Assembly: GCA_963718645.1 (NCBI GenBank)
Contig: OY970373.1
Span: forward strand, 2,855,900-2,919,899
Source: an uncultured Acidobacteriota bacterium
Lineage (GTDB): Bacteria > Acidobacteriota > Thermoanaerobaculia > Multivoradales > UBA5704
Length of the DNA stretch: 64,000 nt
Direction of reading: 5' to 3'
Under the pieces are notes generated by a model. It ran no database searches. It was not told the origin of the DNA and saw nothing but the letters and a program-made list of their open reading frames with translations. A program made the translations under genes and the position numbers. Position 1 is the first letter of the stretch. Each line of letters opens with the position of its first letter. Positions 31,048 to 40,196 of the stretch are shown here, in pieces.

Positions 31048-31905
31048 TCAGGCGTCCAGGATCTCGGCCTTGACGTGGCTCTTCAGCACGCCCGCCTCGA
31101 AGCCGCGGTCGAGCAGGAGCTGCACGGCGCGGCGGCCGGCCTCGCCATAGTCGCGGGTCCAGTCGTTGACGTACATGCTCACGAAGCGGTCCGAGCGCAC
31201 CGGGTCGTCCTCGAGCCCCCGGGCGTAGCGGGTGGCGTAGCCGAGCGCCTCCTCGCGGTGATCGAGAGCGTAGTTAATGCTCTGGCTGAGCAGCCGGCAG
31301 AGGCGCAGCTTGAGATCGGGGTCGAGGTCCCGCTTGATGCCGTTGCCGCCCAGCGGCAGCGGCAGGCCGGTGTCCCCCTTCCACCACTCGCCGAGGTCCA
31401 CGACCTTGCGCAGGCCCATGTCGGCGTAGGTGAGCTGCCCCTCGTGGATCACCACCCCGGCGTCCGCCTCGCCGGCGAGCACCACGTCGAGGATGCGGTC
31501 GAAGGGGACGATCTCGGTCGTGACGTCCGGCTGCCAGAGGCGCAGGGCGAGATGGGCGGTGGTCAGCTCGCCGGGGATGGCGACCTTCAGGCCCGGCAGA
31601 TCGGCGCGGCCGAGAGGCTCGCGGGAGACGACGATCGGCCCGTAGCCGTCGCCGAAGCTGGCCCCCGAGGGCATGATCTGGTAGCGGTCCGCCAGGTGGG
31701 CGTAGCCGTGGAAGGAGAGGGCGGTGATCTCGTAGGTGCCCTGAAAGGCGGCCTGGTTCAGGCTCTCGATGTCCTGCAGGACGTGGCGGATCTCGAGCCC
31801 CTCGGTATCGAGCAGCCCCTGGGTGAGGGCGTAGAACATGAAAGCGTCATCCGAGTCCGGGCTGTGGGCGATGCGGATGGTGGTCGTGGTCGTCTCGGTG
31901 GTCAT
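31048..31905 (-). CDS. MqnA/MqnD-family menaquinone (futalosine pathway) enzyme, likely 1,4-dihydroxy-6-naphthoate synthase
   Basis: IRIAHSPDSDDAFMFYAL resembles the MqnD N-terminal signature; 285 aa. Confidence 0.6.
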   Translation of the reverse strand: MTTETTTTTIRIAHSPDSDDAFMFYALTQGLLDTEGLEIRHVLQDIESLNQAAFQGTYEITALSFHGYAHLADRYQIMPSGASFGDGYGPIVVSREPLGRADLPGLKVAIPGELTTAHLALRLWQPDVTTEIVPFDRILDVVLAGEADAGVVIHEGQLTYADMGLRKVVDLGEWWKGDTGLPLPLGGNGIKRDLDPDLKLRLCRLLSQSINYALDHREEALGYATRYARGLEDDPVRSDRFVSMYVNDWTRDYGEAGRRAVQLLLDRGFEAGVLKSHVKAEILDA

Positions 31906-32121
31906 GGCCCGGGAGGGTATCAGAATCGAGCGCCGCGGAATCGAGGACGCCCGCGCCCCCGGCAGAGGCCATCCGCCGGAGCCGAGGCCCGGAGGCGTCT
32001 CGCCAGGAATCAGGTAACTCCTTTGAATTCATCGCATTGAAGCCGTGGCACGCACCTTGAATTATATCTCCCGCGAAGGGCCCGATGGACGGTCTCCCCT
32101 TCAGTCATCAGGAGATACCCC

Positions 32122-32274
32122 ATGAAGACCCGCATCCTCGCGAAGATTTACGGGCCGGTCCTGCTGCTCACGGCGGCCCTGGCTCTGTCGTCCTGTATCA
32201 TCGTCGACCGCGGAGGCCATCACCGCCGCCATTGGGAGGCACCGGCCCCGTACAGCCAGGGGGTTCGCCCCTGA
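32122..32274 (+). CDS. small lipoprotein (50 aa), absent from the ORF track
   Basis: AGGAGA RBS 6 nt upstream of the ATG. Sequence MKTRILAKIYGPVLLLTAALALSSC| with an LSSC lipobox, then IIVDRGGHHRRHW... Confidence 0.5.
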   Translation: MKTRILAKIYGPVLLLTAALALSSCIIVDRGGHHRRHWEAPAPYSQGVRP

Positions 32275-32346
32275 GGCTCTGGCACATGGCTTGAATCGAT
32301 CCACCTGGGCGGGACGGTCCCGCGCCGTCCCGCTTTCAACCAGGAG

Positions 32347-33219
32347 GTGCCCGCCATGCCATCCAGTCTCGCTCAAGGGTCCCGACTCGCCCTGCTCCTC
32401 GCGGCGGCGCTGTCGCTCCCCGCCTGCTACGTCGGCCCGCCTCCCGGACATCCCTATCCTGACCGCTCGTACGACGACGACCGCGCCGAGAGCGGCCCGC
32501 CGGATCGGCCGGTGGATCAGATCGACGGCTTCGTCACGTTCGAAGGGCGCTGTCCGACCCTGCGCGAGCACGGCTCGGACGAGGTGTTCGCGCTGACCGG
32601 AAACACTCGCGCCCTGCGGCCGGGGGATCACGTCCGGTTGAGCGAGCGCGAGGCCGAGGGGAACCCCTGCGGCGGCGACGCGCCGGCCCTGGAAGTCACG
32701 AGGATCGAGGCGATCTGGCAAGGCGACGGGCACCGCGACGCCTACTTCGACGCCCGCCGCGACGGCGACTTGGACCGCTTCCTGGCCGCGAGTCGCGACC
32801 GCGGCGGCTGGTACGCCGAGCGCTATGCCTACCTCGCCGGCAACGTCGACCGCCCTGGTGAGGATCGCCGCTATCAGAGCCCGCCGTACGTGCCCAACAT
32901 CCCAAACGCGCCCAATCCGAACGAGCCCGACGATCCGAACGGCCGGAGCGCCGAGCCGGACCGCCCGCCCGGGGCACCGGACCGCCCGGACATGGAGTCT
33001 GACGACGACGAGGAGCGGGAGCAGCTCAGCGTCACCGGCCGGCTCGAGCTCGGCGGCCAGTGCCCGGTGATCCGCACTCCGCAAGGGGACTCCTGGGATG
33101 TGCTCGGAGATCTCGGCGATTACCGGAACGGCGACCGGGTGAACGTGATCGGCGTGGCCACGGGGCGCTCCGCCTGCGGCGGCAGAGCGCTCACGATCAG
33201 CGAGATCCGGGGACGCTAG
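32347..33219 (+). CDS. lipoprotein with two internal repeats (DUF5818-like G.CP...G..Y.L.G....GD.V.V.G modules)
   Basis: Signal peptide with an LPAC lipobox. Repeats GRCPTLREHGSDEVFALTGN...GDHVRL and GQCPVIRTPQGDSWDVLGDLGDYRNGDRVNVIGV. Confidence 0.6.
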   Translation: MPAMPSSLAQGSRLALLLAAALSLPACYVGPPPGHPYPDRSYDDDRAESGPPDRPVDQIDGFVTFEGRCPTLREHGSDEVFALTGNTRALRPGDHVRLSEREAEGNPCGGDAPALEVTRIEAIWQGDGHRDAYFDARRDGDLDRFLAASRDRGGWYAERYAYLAGNVDRPGEDRRYQSPPYVPNIPNAPNPNEPDDPNGRSAEPDRPPGAPDRPDMESDDDEEREQLSVTGRLELGGQCPVIRTPQGDSWDVLGDLGDYRNGDRVNVIGVATGRSACGGRALTISEIRGR

Positions 33220-33221
33220 GG

Positions 33222-33405
33222 CGCCCCCGCCCGGACCCTCACCCCTGGCCCCTCTCCCTTCCCCTCCCGCCCTCCCTCACAGGGAGAGGGGAACCCCCGC
33301 CCCCTCAGGATCCAGGCCTTTCTCTTGCCTTTCTCCCTCTTCTCCCGGTGAGGGAGGGTGGGAGGGGACGGGAGAAGAGGGCCGGGGTGATGAGGGCCGC
33401 AACTT
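33222..33405. repeat. GGGAGAAGAGGG-type REP-like element, copy 2 (reverse orientation, plus a related CCCCTCTCCC/GGGAGAGGGG hairpin)
   Basis: 33343-33399 is the exact reverse complement of the core of copy 1. It lies between convergent genes. Confidence 0.6.
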
Positions 33406-33409
33406 AGAA

Positions 33410-34861
33410 CTACTCGTACTGGATGAATCCCGGCGCCATGATGCCGTCGGGATCGAACTTCCGCTTGGCCTCGAGGATCATCGGCCAGCGGTCGCCGAAG
33501 TGCTGGGCCCACTTCTCGACGGTGTTGAAGGTGACGAAACCCGAGAGGTAGCGCTTGCCGCCATAGACGATCGACAGCTCGCTCGCCATGTCGAGCTGGG
33601 CGAGGGCGCGGTCGAGGAACTTGAACGGCACGCCCGGCAGGATCCCCCAGCCCATTACGTAGTCGCCGCCCGGGTGCATGAACAGCGGCACGTCCGAGGT
33701 GCGGGTGTAGGCCGGCCAGAGGAGGACGTGGCCGCCCGGCCCCAGCGCCTGCGGCGGGGTCTGGCCGAGCACCGACTCGATGAAGTCGCGCGCGGTGTCC
33801 CAGGGCAGGGTGGTCTCCATCCACGGGTGGGCCATGTCCCAGTAGCCGCTGCGGCGCCAGAGCTCGAAGACGGGGTCCATGCGGTTGGCGAACTCGAACT
33901 GGGTGAAGTCCTCGGTATGGACGTGCCGGTAGGGCTTGAGGCCGGCGAGCACCGCCTGATCGTCCGGCTCCTCGCCGGGGTCGAGCTCGACGGTGACGTG
34001 GACCGGGTAGAACCACTGGGCGAAGGTCTGCATCCCCTCGCCGAGCTCCATCCCCTCGCCGATCTTCTTGATCCCCTGGAGGCAGGGAGTGCACCACGAC
34101 TCGATCGAGGAGAAGGTGGAATTCTCGGGGTCCATCACCTTCTTCGCGTCCTCCATCACGGCGCTGAGCTCGTCGTAGAGGAGGAAGTACTTGCGGACGG
34201 TGCTCTTGACCGGACGCAGGCGAATCCTGGCGCGGGTGATGACGCCGAACTGGCCGAGGCCGCAGCGCACGACGTCGAACAGGTCGCGGTTCTGCTCGCG
34301 CGAGCAGGTGACGATCTCGCCGGTGCCGGTGACCACCTGGAGCTCGTCGACGTTGTCCGCCTGGGTGCCGTAGCGGAAGCTCGCCACGCCGAGGCCGGCC
34401 ATCGACAGGGTGCCGGAGATCTGCACGCCCAGGTTGTTGGTCAGCACGCGGGGGATCAGCCCCTTCTCCAAAGTCGCGGTGACCAGATCGCGCCAGACGA
34501 CGCCGCAGCCGACGGTCGCCGTCTCGCCCGCCTCGTCGATCTCGTGGATGGTGTTCATCACCGAGGTGTCGAGCAGCACTCCGCCATCCGTGGTGGCCTG
34601 CCCGCTCTGGGTGTGCGCCTGGCCGCGCGCCGTGACGGCGATCTTGCGCTCGCGGCAGAAGCGGACGACCTCGGCGACCTCCTCGGCCGAGGTGCAGCGC
34701 GCGACGGCGCCGGGCCGCCGGTTCACCGTGCGGCCGAAATCGGAACGATAGAGGTCGCGGACTTCGTCGTCGAGCAGGATGCGGTCGCCCAGGATACCCT
34801 TGAGCTCGCGCAGGGCGTCGGCGACGCGGACCTCGGTATCGGCACTACTATGGACAGTCAT
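33410..34861 (-). CDS. FAD-binding oxidoreductase (PCMH-type FAD-linked oxidase)
   Basis: N-terminal FAD-binding domain pattern (RGQAHTQSGQATTDGGVLLD, GCGVVWRDL); 483 aa. Confidence 0.7.
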   Translation of the reverse strand: MTVHSSADTEVRVADALRELKGILGDRILLDDEVRDLYRSDFGRTVNRRPGAVARCTSAEEVAEVVRFCRERKIAVTARGQAHTQSGQATTDGGVLLDTSVMNTIHEIDEAGETATVGCGVVWRDLVTATLEKGLIPRVLTNNLGVQISGTLSMAGLGVASFRYGTQADNVDELQVVTGTGEIVTCSREQNRDLFDVVRCGLGQFGVITRARIRLRPVKSTVRKYFLLYDELSAVMEDAKKVMDPENSTFSSIESWCTPCLQGIKKIGEGMELGEGMQTFAQWFYPVHVTVELDPGEEPDDQAVLAGLKPYRHVHTEDFTQFEFANRMDPVFELWRRSGYWDMAHPWMETTLPWDTARDFIESVLGQTPPQALGPGGHVLLWPAYTRTSDVPLFMHPGGDYVMGWGILPGVPFKFLDRALAQLDMASELSIVYGGKRYLSGFVTFNTVEKWAQHFGDRWPMILEAKRKFDPDGIMAPGFIQYE

Positions 34862-34882
34862 CGGGTTCTCTCCCTGGTTTGG

Positions 34883-35500
34883 TCAGAGCTGGTTGGTCAA
34901 CGCTGGTAGGTCAACGACCGGGCCGGCCGGCGGCGGCGGGGGCTCGGCGGGATCCGGCGCCGGAGGCGGGACCGGCGGTTTCACCGGCACCTCCCGCTTG
35001 GGATCGTTCCGGCTCTCTCCCGGCCGCTCGGGCATGACGTGCGACTTGTCTTCCTCCGCCCGGCCGGCCTGGCCGGCGATGTTGGCGGGCAGTACGGTCT
35101 TGAAGCCCCTCTTGATCCACTGGTCGATGCCGCCGTCCATCAGGACGATGCTCTCGAAGCCGCTGGCGCCGAGCACCTTCGTCCCCTTCTCGGCGCATTC
35201 GTTGCTCTCGCAGTAGATCAGGATCGTCTCCTCGCGGAAGGGGATGATCTCGAGCAGCCGGTACGGGAGCCGCGCCAGGGGGATGTTGGTCGCCCGCTGG
35301 ATGTGCCCGGTCTGGCCGTTGAACTGCTGCGCCGTGCGGAGGTCGAGGACCAGCATGCCGGGGCTGTCCCGGATCATCTCGTAAGCCACCTGCGGCGAGA
35401 GCTTGCGGTAGGGAGGCCGCGGCTTCGACATCCACGCGCGGACGTGCGCGCACCCGCCGACGGCGAGGGCGAGGATCAGCAGCGGCGCGAACCGGCGCAA
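34883..35500 (-). CDS. rhodanese-domain lipoprotein (sulfurtransferase)
   Basis: LAVGGC lipobox, rhodanese active-site loop IYCESNECAEKG, and a Pro-rich C-terminal tail. Confidence 0.7.
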   Translation of the reverse strand: MRRFAPLLILALAVGGCAHVRAWMSKPRPPYRKLSPQVAYEMIRDSPGMLVLDLRTAQQFNGQTGHIQRATNIPLARLPYRLLEIIPFREETILIYCESNECAEKGTKVLGASGFESIVLMDGGIDQWIKRGFKTVLPANIAGQAGRAEEDKSHVMPERPGESRNDPKREVPVKPPVPPPAPDPAEPPPPPAGPVVDLPALTNQL

Positions 35501-35503
35501 ACC

Positions 35504-35842
35504 CTAGCGCTCCGCGGCGATCGCCGCGGCGACCGACTCGTAGGTGGGGAACAGGTCGCTCAGGCGGGCGACCTGCAGGAGCTTGCGGATGCGCTCGGAC
35601 GGATTGACCAGGATCAGCTCGCGCTTGGAGTTGCGGAAGCGCCCCAGGTACCCCACCAGCTCGCCGATGCCCGTCGAGTCGATGAAATTGATCTTGGAGA
35701 AGTCGATGAGCACGTGCCCGCGGTCGTCCGAGAGGGTCCGTTCGAGGGTCTGGGCGAAGAACTGCGCGCTCTCCCCGAGCTTGATGACCCCTTCCACGTT
35801 GAGGAGGGTGAAGCCGTCCAGGTGCCGTTTCTCGACGATCAT
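35504..35842 (-). CDS. STAS-domain anti-sigma-factor antagonist (SpoIIAA-like)
   Basis: LIDFSKINFIDSTGIGELV STAS signature; 112 aa. Confidence 0.75.
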   Translation of the reverse strand: MIVEKRHLDGFTLLNVEGVIKLGESAQFFAQTLERTLSDDRGHVLIDFSKINFIDSTGIGELVGYLGRFRNSKRELILVNPSERIRKLLQVARLSDLFPTYESVAAAIAAER

Positions 35843-35932
35843 TGGGCCTTGGGTCTTGCCGTTGCGGCGGAGCGCAGTCTAACACGCCGGAGCGCCGGGC
35901 TTCACCTGTAGAATGGAGCGCGGGGAGAGCCG

Positions 35933-36589
35933 ATGAAGATCCTGATCGCCGATGACCAAGCGCTCTTCCGCTACAGCCTGCGCAGCCTGCTCGAAGCCCA
36001 CGGTCTCGAGGTGCTCGGCGAAGCCAGAAACGGCCGCGAAGCCGTCGACCTCTCCCGCAAGCTCAAGCCCGACGTCGTCCTGATGGATCTCTCGATGCCC
36101 GAGATGGACGGCTTCGCCGCCACCCGGCTGATCAGCGCCGGCCAGCCCGAGGTCAAGGTGGTGATCCTCACCGCCTCCGACGAGGACTCCAAGCTGTTCG
36201 AAGCGATCAAGTCCGGCGCTCAAGGGTACCTGCTGAAGAACCTCGAATCGGCGGAGTTCTTCAGCCTGCTCGAGGGGGTCAAGCGCGGCGAGCCGGCGCT
36301 CACCCCCGCGCTCGCCCGCAAGCTCCTCCAGGAGTTCGCCCGTCCCGCCCAGAGCTCGGCGCCGCAGCAGGACCCCGACGCGCTGACCGACCGCGAGCGC
36401 GAGGTGCTCGAGCTGCTGGTCCACGGCGTCACCTCGAACCGCAAGCTCGCCAAGCAGCTCGGCGTCAGCGAGAACACCGTCAAATTCCACGTCCGCAACA
36501 TCCTCGACAAGCTCCACCTCCACAACCGCGCGCAGGTGGTGGGCTACGCCATCCGCCACCGCATGGTGGAGACGGCGACGGAGCCCTGA
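35933..36589 (+). CDS. NarL/FixJ-family response regulator (REC + LuxR HTH)
   Basis: MKILIADDQ...DVVLMDLSMPEMDG in the REC domain. The C-terminus LTDREREVLELLVHGVTSNRKLAKQLGVSENTVKFHVRNIL is a LuxR-type HTH. Confidence 0.85.
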   Translation: MKILIADDQALFRYSLRSLLEAHGLEVLGEARNGREAVDLSRKLKPDVVLMDLSMPEMDGFAATRLISAGQPEVKVVILTASDEDSKLFEAIKSGAQGYLLKNLESAEFFSLLEGVKRGEPALTPALARKLLQEFARPAQSSAPQQDPDALTDREREVLELLVHGVTSNRKLAKQLGVSENTVKFHVRNILDKLHLHNRAQVVGYAIRHRMVETATEP

Positions 36590-36604
36590 GCCGGGATCGA
36601 AGCG

Positions 36605-37804
36605 GTGGCGAACCGATCCAGGAAGACGGAGCGCGGCCCCCTCGCCGGCGTCCGCGTCGTCGACGCCTCGCGCGTCCTCGCCGGCCCCTATCTCGCCATG
36701 CTGCTGGGGGACCTCGGTGCGGACGTGATCAAGATCGAGAAGCCGGACGGCGGCGACCAGACGCGCGCCTGGGGACCACCCTGGGTGGGCGAGGGAGAGA
36801 ACCGCGTCAGCGCCTACTTCGTGTCGGCGAACCGCAACAAGCGGTCGGCGGCGATCGACCTCAAGCGGCCGGAGGGGCGGGCGGCGTTCGTCCGCCTGCT
36901 CGAAGGCGCGGACATCCTGGTCGAGAACTTCCTCCCCTCCGAATGGCGGCGGCTCGGCTTCCGCGGCGGAGGCTTCACGCGCGCCCATCCCCGGCTCGTG
37001 CAGTGCACGGTGACCAGCTACGGCACGGCGGGCCCCGAGGCCGACCGCCCGGCCTACGACGTGGTCCTGCAGGCGGAATCCGGGCTGATGTCCCTCACCG
37101 GCTTCGAGACCGGCGAGCCCGTGCGGGTGGGGATCGCGATCGTCGACGTCCTCTCCGCCCTCTACGGCCTCGCCGCCGTGCTCGCGGCGCTCCGCCGGCG
37201 GGACGCCACCGGCAAGGGGAGCCGCGTCGAGGTCGCGATGGCGGACGCCGGCGCGTCCTTCCTCTCTTACGCCGCGCAGTCGTGGCTCGCCGACGGCCGG
37301 CAACCCGCCCGCCTCGGCTCCGCGCATCCGAATCTCGCGCCCTACCAGGCCTTCCGCGCCGCCGACGGCTGGCTGATCGTCGGCGTCGGCAGCCAGGCGC
37401 TCTGGCGCCGCTTCTGCGCCGCCATCGAGCGCCCCGCCCTCGCCGACGATCCCCGCTTCGCCAGCGGCGAGTCGCGGGTGAGGAACCGCGCCGGCCTCGA
37501 CCGCCTCCTGGGAGAGCTCTTCGCCACTCGCCTGGTCGCGCACTGGGACGCCGCCCTGCGGGCCCACCGCGTCCCCGCCGGACCGCCGGCGACCGTCGGC
37601 GAGGCTGTCGAAACAGCGCGCCGGCGGGGCCAGGTGATGGACCTCCCCGCCGGCGCCTACGGGGTCCTCCCCACCATCGCCGCTCCATTCCTTTTCGACG
37701 GCGAACGCGCCGCTCCCTCGGCCTCGGCTCCGGCCCTCGGCGAGCATACGGAAGCGGTCCTGCGCGAGGCAGGGATGAGCCGCGAGGAGATCGGAAAGCT
37801 GTGA
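36605..37804 (+). CDS. CoA-transferase family III (CaiB/BaiF) protein
   Basis: GVRVVDASRVLAGPYLAMLLGDLGADVIKIE N-terminal signature. Confidence 0.8.
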   Translation: MANRSRKTERGPLAGVRVVDASRVLAGPYLAMLLGDLGADVIKIEKPDGGDQTRAWGPPWVGEGENRVSAYFVSANRNKRSAAIDLKRPEGRAAFVRLLEGADILVENFLPSEWRRLGFRGGGFTRAHPRLVQCTVTSYGTAGPEADRPAYDVVLQAESGLMSLTGFETGEPVRVGIAIVDVLSALYGLAAVLAALRRRDATGKGSRVEVAMADAGASFLSYAAQSWLADGRQPARLGSAHPNLAPYQAFRAADGWLIVGVGSQALWRRFCAAIERPALADDPRFASGESRVRNRAGLDRLLGELFATRLVAHWDAALRAHRVPAGPPATVGEAVETARRRGQVMDLPAGAYGVLPTIAAPFLFDGERAAPSASAPALGEHTEAVLREAGMSREEIGKL

Positions 37805-39105
37805 AGTTCTTTGTCCCCCTGGCCCTGATTCTGGCCCTCGCCGGATGCCTGACCGCCGCTCCCAATGTGCCGGCGGCGGCTCCCGCGGCGGCGACCGGAC
37901 CGGTCGCGCTCAAGGACGGCGACCGCATCCTGGTGCTCGCGCCTCATCCCGACGACGAGGTGCTGGGCGCCGGCGGGGTCCTGCTCGAAGCGGCGCGGCG
38001 CGGGCTGCCCATCCGGGTTGTCTTCCTCACTCACGGCGACAGCAACGAGTGGTCGTTCCTCGCCTACCGCAAGCGCCCGGTGCTGACTCCGGGCGGCGCC
38101 CTGGCCATGGGCGCGATCCGTCACCAGGAGGCCCTGGCGGCGGCGGCGCTCCTCGGGGTTCCCGCCCAGAACCTCAGCTTCCTCGGCTACCCGGATTACG
38201 GCACGCTCGACATCTGGCGCTCCCACTGGGGCTCGCGCCCACCAGCCCGCGGCCGTCTCACCCGCGCCCGCGCAGTCCCCTATGCGAACGCGTTCCGTCC
38301 GGGATCGCCGTACAAAGGGGAGGAGATCCTCGCCGATCTCGAGAAGATCCTGCGCGATTTCCGGCCGACCCGGATCTTCGTCTCACACCCGGCCGATCAC
38401 CACCCGGACCACGCGGCCCTCTACCTCTTCACCCGCGTGGCGCTCTGGGATCTCAAGGATGAGGTGACAGCGACGATCCATCCGTTCCTGGTCCACTATC
38501 CCGGCTGGCCGGCCAAGGGGCTCCGTCCGAATCAGGAGCTGACACCTCCGGACCGCCTGCGCGCCGGCTTCCTCTGGCAATCCCGAGAGCTCGCGCCGGC
38601 CGACGTCGCCGCCAAGCGCCTCGCCCTCGCCGCGCACCGCACACAGTACGGCTACAGTGCCTCGCGGCTCCTCCCTTTCGTCCGCCCCAACGAGCTGTAT
38701 GGAGATCTGACCGTGCCGGATCTGGCGGCGGCGGGCGGAGCCGTCGATTTGCAGGGGCTCAGCCTTCGGAGGGTGGGGAATCAACTGGAGATCGGAATGG
38801 CGCTCCGGGAGCCGCTCGGCGAGGAATCCGCCGTCTCGCTCTCCGCCGTCGGTTATCGCCCCGACGTCAGTTTCGCGGCGATGCCGAAGCTGGAGATCCG
38901 CATCGCACCACACGCCTGGACGGTCCGCGACCAGGGACAGCTCCTTTCACGCACCGCGGCCTGGGGCGGCACTCAGGGTCGAACGCTAGCCGCGCGCATC
39001 CCCCTCGCCTCGCTGAACGATCCCCGCCGCCTGTTCCTCCAGGTGCGCACCGGCTCCCGCCGCTCGGCCTCGGGGCAGACGCCGTGGTGGATCGTGGAGC
39101 TCTGA
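37801..39105 (+). CDS. PIG-L/LmbE-family N-acetylglucosaminyl deacetylase lipoprotein with a C-terminal extension
   Basis: GTG start overlapping the upstream stop (GTGA). Lipoprotein signal VKFFVPLALILALAGC. LVLAPHPDDEVLGAGG is the HPDDE motif. Confidence 0.7.
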   Translation: MKFFVPLALILALAGCLTAAPNVPAAAPAAATGPVALKDGDRILVLAPHPDDEVLGAGGVLLEAARRGLPIRVVFLTHGDSNEWSFLAYRKRPVLTPGGALAMGAIRHQEALAAAALLGVPAQNLSFLGYPDYGTLDIWRSHWGSRPPARGRLTRARAVPYANAFRPGSPYKGEEILADLEKILRDFRPTRIFVSHPADHHPDHAALYLFTRVALWDLKDEVTATIHPFLVHYPGWPAKGLRPNQELTPPDRLRAGFLWQSRELAPADVAAKRLALAAHRTQYGYSASRLLPFVRPNELYGDLTVPDLAAAGGAVDLQGLSLRRVGNQLEIGMALREPLGEESAVSLSAVGYRPDVSFAAMPKLEIRIAPHAWTVRDQGQLLSRTAAWGGTQGRTLAARIPLASLNDPRRLFLQVRTGSRRSASGQTPWWIVEL

Positions 39106-39132
39106 CGAGCCGCCTCACCGCCAGCGGTGCAC

Positions 39133-40173
39133 CTACCTCCGGATCCACCCCGCGATGTCGGCGATCACCGCCTCGTCGACGTGCCCGGGCTTCTCGTACT
39201 CCGCGGGCAGGCTCTTCCCCTCCCCTGTCATGAACAGGTGGTTGAGCTTGGGGTAAGTCTTGAAGGTCACGTCCGGCCGGCCGGCGAGGGCTTTCTGCCA
39301 GGCCGCAAGGTTGTCGAGGGTGACTTGGTAATCGCGCTCCCCCTGAAGGATCAGCAGCGGCTGCTTCAGCGCCCTGGCGGCAGTTGGGGGGTCGTAGCCG
39401 CGCAGATCGAGCCAGTAGGAGTCGGGAGCGCCGAGCGCGGTGCCGGTCTCGCCGGGCTTCAGCGCCTTGACCCGCGCGACCTCGGCCTTCACGGATTCGA
39501 AGCGGCTCTTCTCCGCGTCGGTGACGGTGCCATCCGCGGCGTCGAGGTAGGCGATCTGCTCGAGGATGATGTCCTCCAGGGGCTTGGCCGCGCCGGCCAT
39601 CACGATCAGCCCGGCGAGCTGGGGATCGCGGGCGCCGATGCGCGGGATCAGCATGCCCCCCAGGCTGTGGCCGAGGACGAAGACGCGCTTGGGATCGATC
39701 CTCTCGGTGTGGCGGAGCAGCTCGGCGGCGGCGAGGGCGTCGTCCACCGTCTCCTGCTGGACGGTGAAGTCCTTCACCCCGGCGAGCTGGGCGCCGTGCT
39801 GCCGGGTCCGCTTCTCGTAGCGGAGCACGGCGACGCCGCGCGAGGCGACCCCCCAGGCGAGATCGCGGAAGGGCTTGTTCTTCTCCACTGTCTCGTCGCG
39901 GTCGTTGGGGCCCGAGCCGTGGACCAGCACCACGGCGGGGAAGGGGCCCTGCCCCACCGGTACCGACAGGGTGCCGGGGAGCGCCCACTCGCCGGCGCCC
40001 ACCGTCACGTCGCGCTCGCGGAAAGCGTCCTTGTGGACGTAGGCGGCGGGAGGCGCGGTGTCGGGCGCCGCGGCGGCATCCCGGGAGGGGGGCGCGGCGA
40101 GGAGCGGAGTCTGGGCCGGCAGGAGGGAGGGCAGGAAGAGCAGAGACAGGAGAAGACCGGCGGCGCGTTTCAT
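39133..40173 (-). CDS. secreted alpha/beta-hydrolase
   Basis: Signal peptide, GHSLGG nucleophile elbow, and VVLVHGSGPNDRDE. Confidence 0.75.
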   Translation of the reverse strand: MKRAAGLLLSLLFLPSLLPAQTPLLAAPPSRDAAAAPDTAPPAAYVHKDAFRERDVTVGAGEWALPGTLSVPVGQGPFPAVVLVHGSGPNDRDETVEKNKPFRDLAWGVASRGVAVLRYEKRTRQHGAQLAGVKDFTVQQETVDDALAAAELLRHTERIDPKRVFVLGHSLGGMLIPRIGARDPQLAGLIVMAGAAKPLEDIILEQIAYLDAADGTVTDAEKSRFESVKAEVARVKALKPGETGTALGAPDSYWLDLRGYDPPTAARALKQPLLILQGERDYQVTLDNLAAWQKALAGRPDVTFKTYPKLNHLFMTGEGKSLPAEYEKPGHVDEAVIADIAGWIRR

Positions 40174-40196
40174 GCCGGCGATCCTATAATGCCCTC

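Noticed and set aside
36943-39105. 720-aa plus-strand ORF spanning CoA-transferase and PIG-L genes
   Set aside because: It is an alternate frame of the CoA-transferase gene and yields an Arg/Pro-rich nonsense translation. Only its last part, from GTG 37801, is in frame with the real PIG-L lipoprotein.
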